NCBI GenBank assembly: GCA_040879765.1
Contig: JBBDJQ010000001.1
Span: 204,263 to 268,262, forward strand
Direction: 5' to 3'
Length of the DNA: 64,000 bases
DNA from: Candidatus Pacearchaeota archaeon
Lineage (GTDB): Archaea; Nanobdellota; Nanobdellia; Pacearchaeales; GW2011-AR1
The position numbers were made by a program, and so were the translations under genes. Positions 19,723 through 27,563 of the stretch are shown here, in pieces (positions within the stretch are counted from its first letter, which is position 1; every line of letters starts with the position of its first letter). The notes beneath the pieces are model-generated. The model had not been told where the DNA came from. It searched no databases and saw nothing but the letters and a program-made list of their open reading frames with translations.

Positions 19723-20802
19723 ATGGTTTTAGATTTTGCAAGAGAGGCAATAGAGAATGCACAGAGTCATAGTATTAATTTTGACGAACTGAAAGCAGGA
19801 AAGGCAAACATAAAGGTTGTTGGTGTTGGTGGAATGGGTTCAAATGCTGTTACATGGTTGTACAATAAAGGAATTGAAGGTGCAACTGTTTATGCAATGA
19901 ATACGGACGCTTTACATCTAAGTGTTACTAAATGTGATGAAAAACTCCTATTAGGAAGGGAGCTAACTCGTGGACTAGGAGCCGGTGGAATGCCTAATGT
20001 GGGAAGAGAAGCTGCTAAGGAATCATTGTCTGAGATTAAGAAAATTGTTGCTGGAGCTGATATGGTTTTTGTAATTGCAGGAGGAGGTGGAGGTACCGGA
20101 AGTGGTGCTGCACCAATAGTTGCACAACTAGCTAAAGAAACAGGAGCAATAGTTATTGGTGTTGTGACAATGCCTTTCGAGTCTGAAAGGGCTAGATTGG
20201 ACAAGGCAGAGTTTGCTCTTCAAGAATTGAGGGATCAAACGGATACTTGTATTGTTATAGATAACACTAAACTTGTGGACATAGCAGGACAGCTTCCAAT
20301 TGAACAGGCTTTTGCTGTTGCTAATGAGTTAATAAGCACTATGACTAAGGGACTTGTTGAAACTATTACGCTTCCAAGTTTGATTAATTTGGATTACGCT
20401 GATGTTTCTACAATTATGAGAGATGGAGGAGTTGCTGTTATTGGGATTGGTGAAGCTGACACTCAGAACAGAGTTGCTGAGGCAGTTCAACAAGCTTTAG
20501 CTCATCCTTTACTTGATGTTGATTATAAAGGCGCTACAGGAGCCTTAGTACATGTTACCGGAGGAACTGACTTGAAATTAGAAGAATTTGATACAATTGG
20601 TAGAACTGTATCAGAGAATTTAAATCAAGACGCACAAGTTATAATTGGGGCAAGAATCAACAAGGATTTTGTTGGTAAGGTTAGAGTTATAACAATCATG
20701 ACTGGAGTCAAATCTCCTTATGTGCTTTCGAAGACAACCGAAGAACAGGCATTCCCTGTTTCTAAGGAGGTTTCTGATTTAGGAATTGAGGTTTGGAAGT
20801 AA
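19723..20802 (+). CDS. ftsZ: Cell division protein FtsZ
   Basis: VVGVGGMGSN, GLGAGG, tubulin signature GGGGTGSG, NLDYADV. Confidence 0.97.
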   Translation: MVLDFAREAIENAQSHSINFDELKAGKANIKVVGVGGMGSNAVTWLYNKGIEGATVYAMNTDALHLSVTKCDEKLLLGRELTRGLGAGGMPNVGREAAKESLSEIKKIVAGADMVFVIAGGGGGTGSGAAPIVAQLAKETGAIVIGVVTMPFESERARLDKAEFALQELRDQTDTCIVIDNTKLVDIAGQLPIEQAFAVANELISTMTKGLVETITLPSLINLDYADVSTIMRDGGVAVIGIGEADTQNRVAEAVQQALAHPLLDVDYKGATGALVHVTGGTDLKLEEFDTIGRTVSENLNQDAQVIIGARINKDFVGKVRVITIMTGVKSPYVLSKTTEEQAFPVSKEVSDLGIEVWK

Positions 20803-20869
20803 TTCCAAACTTCTTTTTATTTTTTTATTTTTTACATATTTTTTTAAGCTATAGATTTGTCTATGTTTA

Positions 20870-21289
20870 ATGAAATTAATTGGCCCCGGAATTTATAGAG
20901 GTAGTGAAGGGGAAGAAACAACAATAAGAACCCACCCTTCAAGAAGATATGAATTATTTTTAAGAAAAGAATCTTTTTCAGGAGATAGTTTTTATATGGG
21001 AATTAAATTTAGCCCTCCTTTTCCTCTCATGGTTGAAATGAAGGAGGAATCTTCAAACTCTATTTTTAATGATTCTTATATTTTTTCTGAAGAAGGAGAT
21101 TGTATTAATCATAGCTATTCTACAGAAGACTTGATAAGCATGGAAGTTAAATCCTCAGGGAGAGATAATAGCATAGCAAGATTAATTGTTAAGGGAGATT
21201 TAATTAAAAAATTACTTGATATTGGTCCTGCGTCATTCAATTTTTCTAAACACCCAATTTTTAATGCTCTTAGAGATAATTCTATTTGA
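20870..21289 (+). CDS. Hypothetical protein (ORFan-like)
   Basis: 139 aa ORF; TTTTTAAG 21 nt upstream. Confidence 0.65.
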   Translation: MKLIGPGIYRGSEGEETTIRTHPSRRYELFLRKESFSGDSFYMGIKFSPPFPLMVEMKEESSNSIFNDSYIFSEEGDCINHSYSTEDLISMEVKSSGRDNSIARLIVKGDLIKKLLDIGPASFNFSKHPIFNALRDNSI

Positions 21290-21844
21290 TTAAATATCTA
21301 AATCTCTTTCTTTTTTCATCTCTTTTATTTGAGCATCATTGAATCTGAGAACTTCATCCAGTCTTATTTTTCTTGGCTTTTTGTTTTCGTTTGTATACCC
21401 TATCGGAAAAACAGCTTCTAAATCAGATCCTTTTGGAATTTTAAAAAGATATTTTATTTTTTCTTCGTCTTTAAAATGCCCAACCCAACAAGTTGCTAAA
21501 CCCAAGTCATGAATTTTTAATAAAAAGTTTTGAATTGCTGCTCCTGCTTGTTGCCTGGAATAACATTCTTTTTTAGCTCCAAAAGAGTCCATTGTTTTTA
21601 ATGGGGCAGAGTAAACTACAACCATATATCTCGATTTAGAAATAAATTCTTGTTCCGAATCTTTTGCAACTTCTTCTATCTTTTTCTTGTCATTAACTAG
21701 GATAAATTTTAATGGAAAATTATTTCCTGCTGTGGGGGAATACCTCATAGAATCAATGGCTTCAATTATGTCTCTCCAATCTGGAACTTTATCTGTAAAT
21801 TTCCTTACACTTCTTCTGTTCTTTATTACTTCTCCTATATCCAT
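21290..21844 (-). CDS. Nitroreductase-family protein
   Basis: IKNRRSVRKF, PTAGN, AIQNFLL...GLATCWVG. Confidence 0.92.
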   Translation of the reverse strand: MDIGEVIKNRRSVRKFTDKVPDWRDIIEAIDSMRYSPTAGNNFPLKFILVNDKKKIEEVAKDSEQEFISKSRYMVVVYSAPLKTMDSFGAKKECYSRQQAGAAIQNFLLKIHDLGLATCWVGHFKDEEKIKYLFKIPKGSDLEAVFPIGYTNENKKPRKIRLDEVLRFNDAQIKEMKKERDLDI

Positions 21845-21883
21845 TTTATTGGAAAGGAGAAGATGTTTTTAAAATTAGTTGTT

Positions 21884-22975
21884 TCAAAATCTAATTTCTC
21901 CACCACCTAAAACTTCTTTCCCTTTGTACAAAACTATTGCTTGCCCTTCTGAAACTCCGGTTATGGATTTATTCAGGGTAACTTTGATTTTTCCTTTTTG
22001 AGAGTATACTTTTCCTGGAAGGAGCTCTCCAACTTGCCTAATTCTTACAAGGACTTTAGAATTATTTTTTGGCTTTTTATCTATCCAATGGGGTTTTAGA
22101 ATTTTCATTTGTTTTCTAAGTAAAATTTTATGTCCTTCTGGTGCTGCAACGATATTATTTTTCTTAGCATCCTTTTTCGCAACATACCATTTTCTTAAAT
22201 TACTTTCATTATCAATTTGCTTTGAAATCTTAGTTCCATATTTTGTTCCCAGCTTTTCTCCGATTGTGTAATAATGGATTCCTTTATGACCTCCTATAAT
22301 TTTCCCTTCTGGATTTAGGATTTTTCCATTTTTTTCCTTTATTCTTTTTTTTAGAAATTCCTTGAAATCAACTTTCCCTATAAAACAAATCCCAACAGTT
22401 GATTTTTTATCAAAGTTTGGGAATTTATTTTCTTTTGCAATCTGTCTGACTTGGGCTTTTGTATATTCTCCAATTGGAAAAAGAGTATGTTTCAATTCTT
22501 TTTGATTTATTCTATATAAGAAATAGGATTGGTCTTTTGATTCATCTTTTGCCCTTAATAATTTAAAATTGTTTTTTGATTTTTTAATTTTTGAAAAATG
22601 TCCGGTTACAATGAATTCTGCTCCAAGTTTTTTTGCCTCTTTTATTAGCATTGGGAATTTAATTTTTTGATTACAATCTACGTCTGGATTTGGGGTTACC
22701 CCTTTTTTATAATCTTTAAGCATTTTTTTCACAACTTGGTCTTTATATTCTTTTTCAAAATCAAAAGTGATTAGAGGAATATTGAGTTTAGAAGCAATCT
22801 TTATTGCATATTCTCTTTCTTTTTTCCAATTACATTCTCCAAATTCATCTTTGGTATCAGACCAGTTTTTCATAAACGCACCTATGACCTCATAACCTTT
22901 TCTTTTCATGAGGAGAGCAGCTACAGAAGAATCAACTCCGCCAGACATAGCAACTAAAACTCGTTTTGACTTCAT
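21884..22975 (-). CDS. mnmA: tRNA 2-thiouridylase MnmA (bacterial type)
   Basis: AMSGGVDSS, TPNPDVDCNQKIKF, KDQSYFL, GICFIG, C-terminal GQAIVLY...LGGG. Confidence 0.95.
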   Translation of the reverse strand: MKSKRVLVAMSGGVDSSVAALLMKRKGYEVIGAFMKNWSDTKDEFGECNWKKEREYAIKIASKLNIPLITFDFEKEYKDQVVKKMLKDYKKGVTPNPDVDCNQKIKFPMLIKEAKKLGAEFIVTGHFSKIKKSKNNFKLLRAKDESKDQSYFLYRINQKELKHTLFPIGEYTKAQVRQIAKENKFPNFDKKSTVGICFIGKVDFKEFLKKRIKEKNGKILNPEGKIIGGHKGIHYYTIGEKLGTKYGTKISKQIDNESNLRKWYVAKKDAKKNNIVAAPEGHKILLRKQMKILKPHWIDKKPKNNSKVLVRIRQVGELLPGKVYSQKGKIKVTLNKSITGVSEGQAIVLYKGKEVLGGGEIRF

Positions 22976-23009
22976 AATTCAACTTATCAAGAGTTATTTA
23001 AAAAATAAA

Positions 23010-23082
23010 CGTCCTGGAGAGGACTCGAACCTCCGACAACATGGTTAACAGCCATGTGCTCTACCTGCTGAGCTACCAGGAC
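23010..23082 (-). tRNA. tRNA-Asn(GTT)
   Basis: Acceptor GTCCTGG/CCAGGAC with G73, anticodon arm CATGG-CTGTTAA-CCATG, T-loop TTCGAGT; no encoded CCA. Confidence 0.96.
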
Positions 23083-23114
23083 CCAAGTTTCAAAAATGAA
23101 AATGGTATTTAAAT

Positions 23115-23621
23115 TTAATTACCTTCTTTTAAACCCAAATCAACTACGGGTTTTACTTTCTTTTTTTCCAAAAAACTATAAACATTTGATTGCTTGCTTC
23201 CTCGGACTATGGCTTGAATTGCCTCTTCGGCTTTTTTCAAATTTTCAGGATAACCTATAACCCCCACCTTGTTCTCATCTGTTTCAAAAAAACAATCTGT
23301 TAGATCATGTAAAACTTTCAAAGTTTTTCCACCCCTTCCAATTATTCTTGCTCTTATTCTTTCTAAATCTTTTCTTCTTGTATAATCTTTTATATTTAAG
23401 ATTTCAAAATCAAAATCTTCATTTTTTAGCAAAATTGCAACTTCAAATCTAAATCCAAAATTAAGCGCTTCAATAACTTTCCCAGCAAAATACTCTTTTT
23501 CTCCTGAACTATCAATAAATAATTCTCTCCCGCGGTTAGTTATTTTTACTTTTAGCTCTTTTTCTAATCTGTCTTTATTATTCAATATCTTTCTAATTTT
23601 TTCAGAATAGATTTTTTCCAT
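23115..23621 (-). CDS. KH-domain rRNA-processing protein (Dim2/Pno1-like)
   Basis: RIIGRGGKT GxxG loop; typical neighbour of aIF-1A. Confidence 0.85.
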   Translation of the reverse strand: MEKIYSEKIRKILNNKDRLEKELKVKITNRGRELFIDSSGEKEYFAGKVIEALNFGFRFEVAILLKNEDFDFEILNIKDYTRRKDLERIRARIIGRGGKTLKVLHDLTDCFFETDENKVGVIGYPENLKKAEEAIQAIVRGSKQSNVYSFLEKKKVKPVVDLGLKEGN

Positions 23622-23622
23622 T

Positions 23623-23931
23623 TTAGAACTCCAAAGTTTCTGTTTCTATGTATCCGTTTTTTTTCAGCCAACCAACTTGGTTTTTAGAATATTTGAAAAT
23701 AACATCTCCTTTATCTTTGTCCAATTCCCAGGGCTCTATTATTACTATGTCTCCTGGACGAAGCCATAATTTTCTTTTCAATCTTCCTGGAACCCTAGAA
23801 TTTCTAGATTTTCCATCAAAACAATTAACCATCATTTTGTTCCCTCCAAGTCTTTGCTCTATAATTCCCATTACTTCTTCGCCTCTTGGAAGTCTTACTC
23901 TGGTAATTTTTTGCTCATTGTTATTTTCCAT
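23623..23931 (-). CDS. eif1a: Translation initiation factor aIF-1A
   Basis: RVRLPRGEE, RVPGRLKRKLWLRPGDIVIIEPW. Confidence 0.95.
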   Translation of the reverse strand: MENNNEQKITRVRLPRGEEVMGIIEQRLGGNKMMVNCFDGKSRNSRVPGRLKRKLWLRPGDIVIIEPWELDKDKGDVIFKYSKNQVGWLKKNGYIETETLEF

Positions 23932-23982
23932 CTATATACTTCGAGAAAACAATCTTTATAAAATTAGGGGCTATAAAATTTT

Positions 23983-24207
23983 ATGACTTTTTATTATGAA
24001 GTTAATAATCCTGGGCAAAGGTTTTATTTGGTTGCTGGAGGATATGATTCTGTGGAAGAGGCTTGGGAAGGTTTAGAAGTTTTAGATCATCTTCTTTTAG
24101 ATGGTGCAGAAATTAATGTTGGAGAATCAATTTACAAAGAAAAAAATTCTGGTGTGAAAGATTTCAAATCTTGGTTTATTGAAACTTTTGCGCATTTAGC
24201 CCGCTAA
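23983..24207 (+). CDS. Small hypothetical protein
   Basis: 74 aa; TTTATAAA 20 nt upstream. Confidence 0.6.
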   Translation: MTFYYEVNNPGQRFYLVAGGYDSVEEAWEGLEVLDHLLLDGAEINVGESIYKEKNSGVKDFKSWFIETFAHLAR

Positions 24208-24504
24208 TTAAATTAAAACTAATGCGAAAGGAATCCCTTGGATTTTTTTTACGTTTGAATCAGAAATAATTCCTGCTTTTTTAGCAGTTTCAATTGATTT
24301 TGGGCCGACTATATTGAATGTAGAATCTTCTATACTCATTCTTTTTATCATCCAGAGAATTTTCTCTTCAGTTATTTCTTGGCCTGAAAAGAAGCTTTCT
24401 TTCACATCTAATTGAAATCGTCCTTCCTCAAATTTTTTCCCTAGAATTTCTTTGTCACAAATTGCAACTACGTTTCTGTAAGACTTGATAATATTTATTA
24501 GCAT
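24208..24504 (-). CDS. DUF424-family protein
   Basis: VVAICDKEILGKKFEEG..LDVKESFF, NIVG. Confidence 0.85.
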   Translation of the reverse strand: MLINIIKSYRNVVAICDKEILGKKFEEGRFQLDVKESFFSGQEITEEKILWMIKRMSIEDSTFNIVGPKSIETAKKAGIISDSNVKKIQGIPFALVLI

Positions 24505-24526
24505 ACCAATCTAAACTTTTCTTATA

Positions 24527-24721
24527 TTAAAAAGCTTTTTTCGCATCTCCACTCGAGATTGATTTTTCCGCATCGTCTTTTGACATGATTTTGCACATTC
24601 CACAATCGCAGTCAGCACATTTCCCTTTTGCCATAAAACCTCCACGAGCAGTTTTTGTCATTTGGGCATCTTTCATGTTCTTTCCGTTTTCTTTACATCT
24701 CATACATCTTGCTTGTATCAT
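24527..24721 (-). CDS. Small Cys-rich protein (DUF5679-like)
   Basis: CMRC...KGKCADC; SD GGAGG upstream. Confidence 0.75.
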   Translation of the reverse strand: MIQARCMRCKENGKNMKDAQMTKTARGGFMAKGKCADCDCGMCKIMSKDDAEKSISSGDAKKAF

Positions 24722-24771
24722 TTTTGCCTCCGTTTTATTTTTAGGTTAGGGTTTTCTATTTTATAAGGCTT

Positions 24772-24981
24772 GCGATTAGCCATACGCTTCGGCAAATTGT
24801 GCTAAAGCGAAATTGATTTCCTTTGCGATTAGCCATACGCTTCGGCATAATGTGTCTTCGACATCATTGATTTCCTTTGCGATTAGCCATACGCTTCGGC
24901 GGGAAATAGGCGATTAGCCATACGATTCTACTTCGCTGCATATGCTTCGCCAGGAAACAGGCGATTCCACCTCCTTCGTTC
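24772..24981. repeat. Tandem cluster of modular GC-rich repeat family (locus 1)
   Basis: GCGATTAGCCATACGCTTCGGC at 24772, 24825 and 24879, partial at 24910, then related GATTC-type modules to ~24981. Confidence 0.95.
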
Positions 24982-25029
24982 ATTGTATAGTATTCTCTAA
25001 AGGATTATCCATTAGCGATTGCTGACTTT

Positions 25030-25327
25030 GTAAATCAGGTTTTTTTTAGGGGGATAATTTTAATCAGAATTAGGATCAATTAAACCCGTTTTGAAAAATT
25101 GCTATGTTTGGTCTGGATTTTTCTAAACAATTTGGAAACTGTTTTGTGTCATACAAGAATCATCTTTGAAAATAATTCACTAGTTCCATCAGAAGCCATT
25201 TCAATAACTAGATTTGAGTCATCTCTTATTGCAGCGCATAGTATCTTCTAATATGGGACATCGCGCTTGGTGTAAATACAAATCTCATATGAATCAATCT
25301 TTTTCTTTTAAGTTGCTCGTAATTCAT
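25030..25327 (-). pseudogene. Possible degraded ORF
   Basis: MNYEQLK... continues after a frameshift as KIDSYEICIYTKRDVPY*KILCAAIRDDSNLVIEMASDG... Confidence 0.3.
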
Positions 25328-25328
25328 A

Positions 25329-25748
25329 CTAAATTTTTCCCCTAACAGAATGTTTTGCCCCACATGCTAAACAATGAATAAAAGTTGTTCTGCTTTGAGA
25401 GTCTTTAGCTAATTCTGTATCGGGCTTTCCACACTCTTTACATAAAACAAATTCTTTCAAGTATTCTTCAATTTTTTGATTTATTTTTTTGCTTGGAATT
25501 CTATTATTTAATATGAATCTTTCTCCGTCTTGGTGTCCCGAGGTTGCAAGTTCTTTAAGCAAGAATTTTTTGAAATGTTCTTTGTCTCTTCTTATGTAAT
25601 CTGCTATCTGTGAGAAATTTGTTAAGATTGTTTTTTTACCTTCAAAAGACCCTTCTATGTTTTGGATTTTGAATCTAGTCTCCTCTGTGTCTTCTACTCT
25701 TTTTACTTTCTTGTAAGCTTCTTCAAGTAATTTTTCATAATTTTCCAT
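25329..25748 (-). CDS. eif2b: Translation initiation factor aIF-2 beta
   Basis: YEKLLEEAY, TILTNF, KELATSG, CKECGKPDT, CLACGA. Confidence 0.95.
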   Translation of the reverse strand: MENYEKLLEEAYKKVKRVEDTEETRFKIQNIEGSFEGKKTILTNFSQIADYIRRDKEHFKKFLLKELATSGHQDGERFILNNRIPSKKINQKIEEYLKEFVLCKECGKPDTELAKDSQSRTTFIHCLACGAKHSVRGKI

Positions 25749-25808
25749 TATCTTCTCTTGAGTTTTCGCTATATAAATCTTTATAAATCTCTTGATTTTA
25801 AATTTTGT

Positions 25809-26186
25809 ATGGAGGTTGGTGCATCCTTGGAAACTTCAGAGGCAAATAAGAAAAGAATTGATAGAGTTAATTCGAGGAGAAGAGCAGATAGAAGAATAGA
25901 GGAGATATTTGGATCAGGTTTTATAATATCAAATTATCCTGGAATAACTAATATCTATAAAACAAAAGGGATTTTTCAAAAAAAAGTTCAGGAAATTTGT
26001 AGCATAGATTATATGAATGGAGAGGTTATTTCTTATTCTTATTCTTTTGATTCAGATTTTCAAGAACAAATTCAAAAAGCATATTTCTCTCTTGCCGCAT
26101 ATTTAGATTGTGATGGAATTGGAAGATTTGGGGAAGTTGAATTGAGATGGGAATGTAAATTCCCTAATCTCGAGGCTGTTTTATGA
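25809..26186 (+). CDS. Hypothetical protein
   Basis: ATG at 25809, 21 nt after TTTATAAA. Confidence 0.6.
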   Translation: MEVGASLETSEANKKRIDRVNSRRRADRRIEEIFGSGFIISNYPGITNIYKTKGIFQKKVQEICSIDYMNGEVISYSYSFDSDFQEQIQKAYFSLAAYLDCDGIGRFGEVELRWECKFPNLEAVL

Positions 26187-26234
26187 AAGGGAGGCAATAA
26201 CTAGATTTATAAATCTGCTGATTCTTATTATTTA

Positions 26235-26786
26235 ATGATCAAGAATGTAGTTTTTGGGATTGCGATTATGATTCTTACAATTTCTGTAGGAGTTTATGGA
26301 ATTAACTTAGTTTTTGATTCTCCAGAATATAGTAATTTTTGTGGAGAATTTAGAACGCAGGAGATTATAGAGACTCAAACTCAGTGTGAATCTATTGGTG
26401 GAAAATGGACTAGTTATGAAATAAAATGTATAACTGATGAACCTTGTCCTCAGGGATATTGTGACCGGGACTACCAATGTAGGCAGGATTATGAAGAGGC
26501 ACAGGAGAATTATTACAGAAATGTTTTCTTTGTTGTAGTTCCTTTGGGAGTTGTTTTAATTGGATTGGGCGCTTTCATATTTGGACTTGAATCTGTGGGC
26601 GCAGGTTTGATGGGTGGAGGGGTTGGATTGATTCTATTTGGGGTCGGAGGATTTTGGAGATTTGCAGGAGACTGGATTAAATTTACATTATCTTTACTTG
26701 GACTTGCCGCAGTTATAGTGACAGCTTATTGGTTTAATTTAAAAAATTGGAATATTTGGAAGAAAAAAAGTAGAAAGAAAAAATAA
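26235..26786 (+). CDS. Hypothetical membrane protein with Cys-rich extracytoplasmic loop
   Basis: N-terminal TM, six-Cys loop, three C-terminal TM helices. Confidence 0.8.
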   Translation: MIKNVVFGIAIMILTISVGVYGINLVFDSPEYSNFCGEFRTQEIIETQTQCESIGGKWTSYEIKCITDEPCPQGYCDRDYQCRQDYEEAQENYYRNVFFVVVPLGVVLIGLGAFIFGLESVGAGLMGGGVGLILFGVGGFWRFAGDWIKFTLSLLGLAAVIVTAYWFNLKNWNIWKKKSRKKK

Positions 26787-26788
26787 TT

Positions 26789-27427
26789 TTATCCTAACCA
26801 CCTAATTACGTTTGGCCTTGGCTCAAAAACTGTTCCTTCTTCAAGTAATTTTTGAATTTCGGTTTCTATTTGTTCTTTTGGAATTTCGTTAATTTGAGAA
26901 ATTATTGATTCTTTTTCTATTCCACCTTGAGCTTCTGCATTTTTTATTAAATCCGTAATTTTTTCCCTAAAATCTTTTCTTACTTCTTTATTAGGTTGGG
27001 AATTTTGATTTGGGGTTTGCAGTGCATTTGCTTTTTCTAATTCCAATTTCCTTACAACAAGATATCTTGGATCTGTTTCTTTAACTGTTTCTGGAGAAAT
27101 ATAAATTTCATCATTGAAGTATCTTAAAACTCCAATAACAATCACTGTCTTTCCATGTTCAATATCTTTTATTTTTTCTATATCATCTCCAAAAACCTTG
27201 AGTTTTGTTTGCCCTGAAGCATCATCAAGAGTTATGAAAACATATTTTTTTTCCTCATCAACTACATATTTATCGACAATACTTGCAACCACATTTACTC
27301 TTACAACTCTTTTTCCGTTTAAATTCAAGTGGGTAAATTTCTCATTTTCAATTACTGGCTTTCCAGATAAAATGTCTCCAATTCTTAATTTGTATGCAAC
27401 GTTTCGTTTAAATTGTTCTTCAGGCAT
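26789..27427 (-). CDS. OB-fold ssDNA-binding protein with C-terminal winged helix (RPA2/RPA32-like)
   Basis: RVNVVASIV, TLDDASG, VIVIG.LR, FEPRPNVIRWL; adjacent to MCM. ATG at 27427 preferred, because the listed GTG lies inside the repeat. Confidence 0.8.
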   Translation of the reverse strand: MPEEQFKRNVAYKLRIGDILSGKPVIENEKFTHLNLNGKRVVRVNVVASIVDKYVVDEEKKYVFITLDDASGQTKLKVFGDDIEKIKDIEHGKTVIVIGVLRYFNDEIYISPETVKETDPRYLVVRKLELEKANALQTPNQNSQPNKEVRKDFREKITDLIKNAEAQGGIEKESIISQINEIPKEQIETEIQKLLEEGTVFEPRPNVIRWLG

Positions 27428-27428
27428 C

Positions 27429-27501
27429 GTGATTCCACTCACTTCGTTCGTTGCATACGCTTAGCCAGGAAACAGGCGATTCCGCTTCGTTGCATACGCT
27501 T
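27429..27501. repeat. Modular repeat family (locus 2)
   Basis: 70/73 nt identical to 31981-32053; 1 nt from the start codon. Confidence 0.95.
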
Positions 27502-27563
27502 TGTCCGAATTTTAGATTTTTATTTAATTTTTTCATTTTATTTTAATTTTTTTTAAATGCATT

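Noticed and set aside
19333-19762. Minus-strand ORFs 19333-19584 and 19562-19762 as genes
   Set aside because: Non-ATG starts, F/L-rich AT-driven composition, and overlap with the ftsZ promoter and start.
24772-24924. CRISPR array
   Set aside because: Variable segments are only 18-19 nt, the first recurs with the repeat at 32697-32733, the units are dispersed elsewhere, and there are no cas genes in the window.
27428-27442. GTG start giving MSGIT- on the RPA-like protein
   Set aside because: It lies inside the repeat. The homologous position before lig is out of frame, so it is not a conserved start.
24772-27501. Replication origin with ORB boxes near MCM
   Set aside because: CCAGGAAAC only loosely resembles ORB (TCCAGTGGAAAC) and lacks the G-string. 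No cdc6/orc1 is in the window, and copies are scattered over 30 kb.
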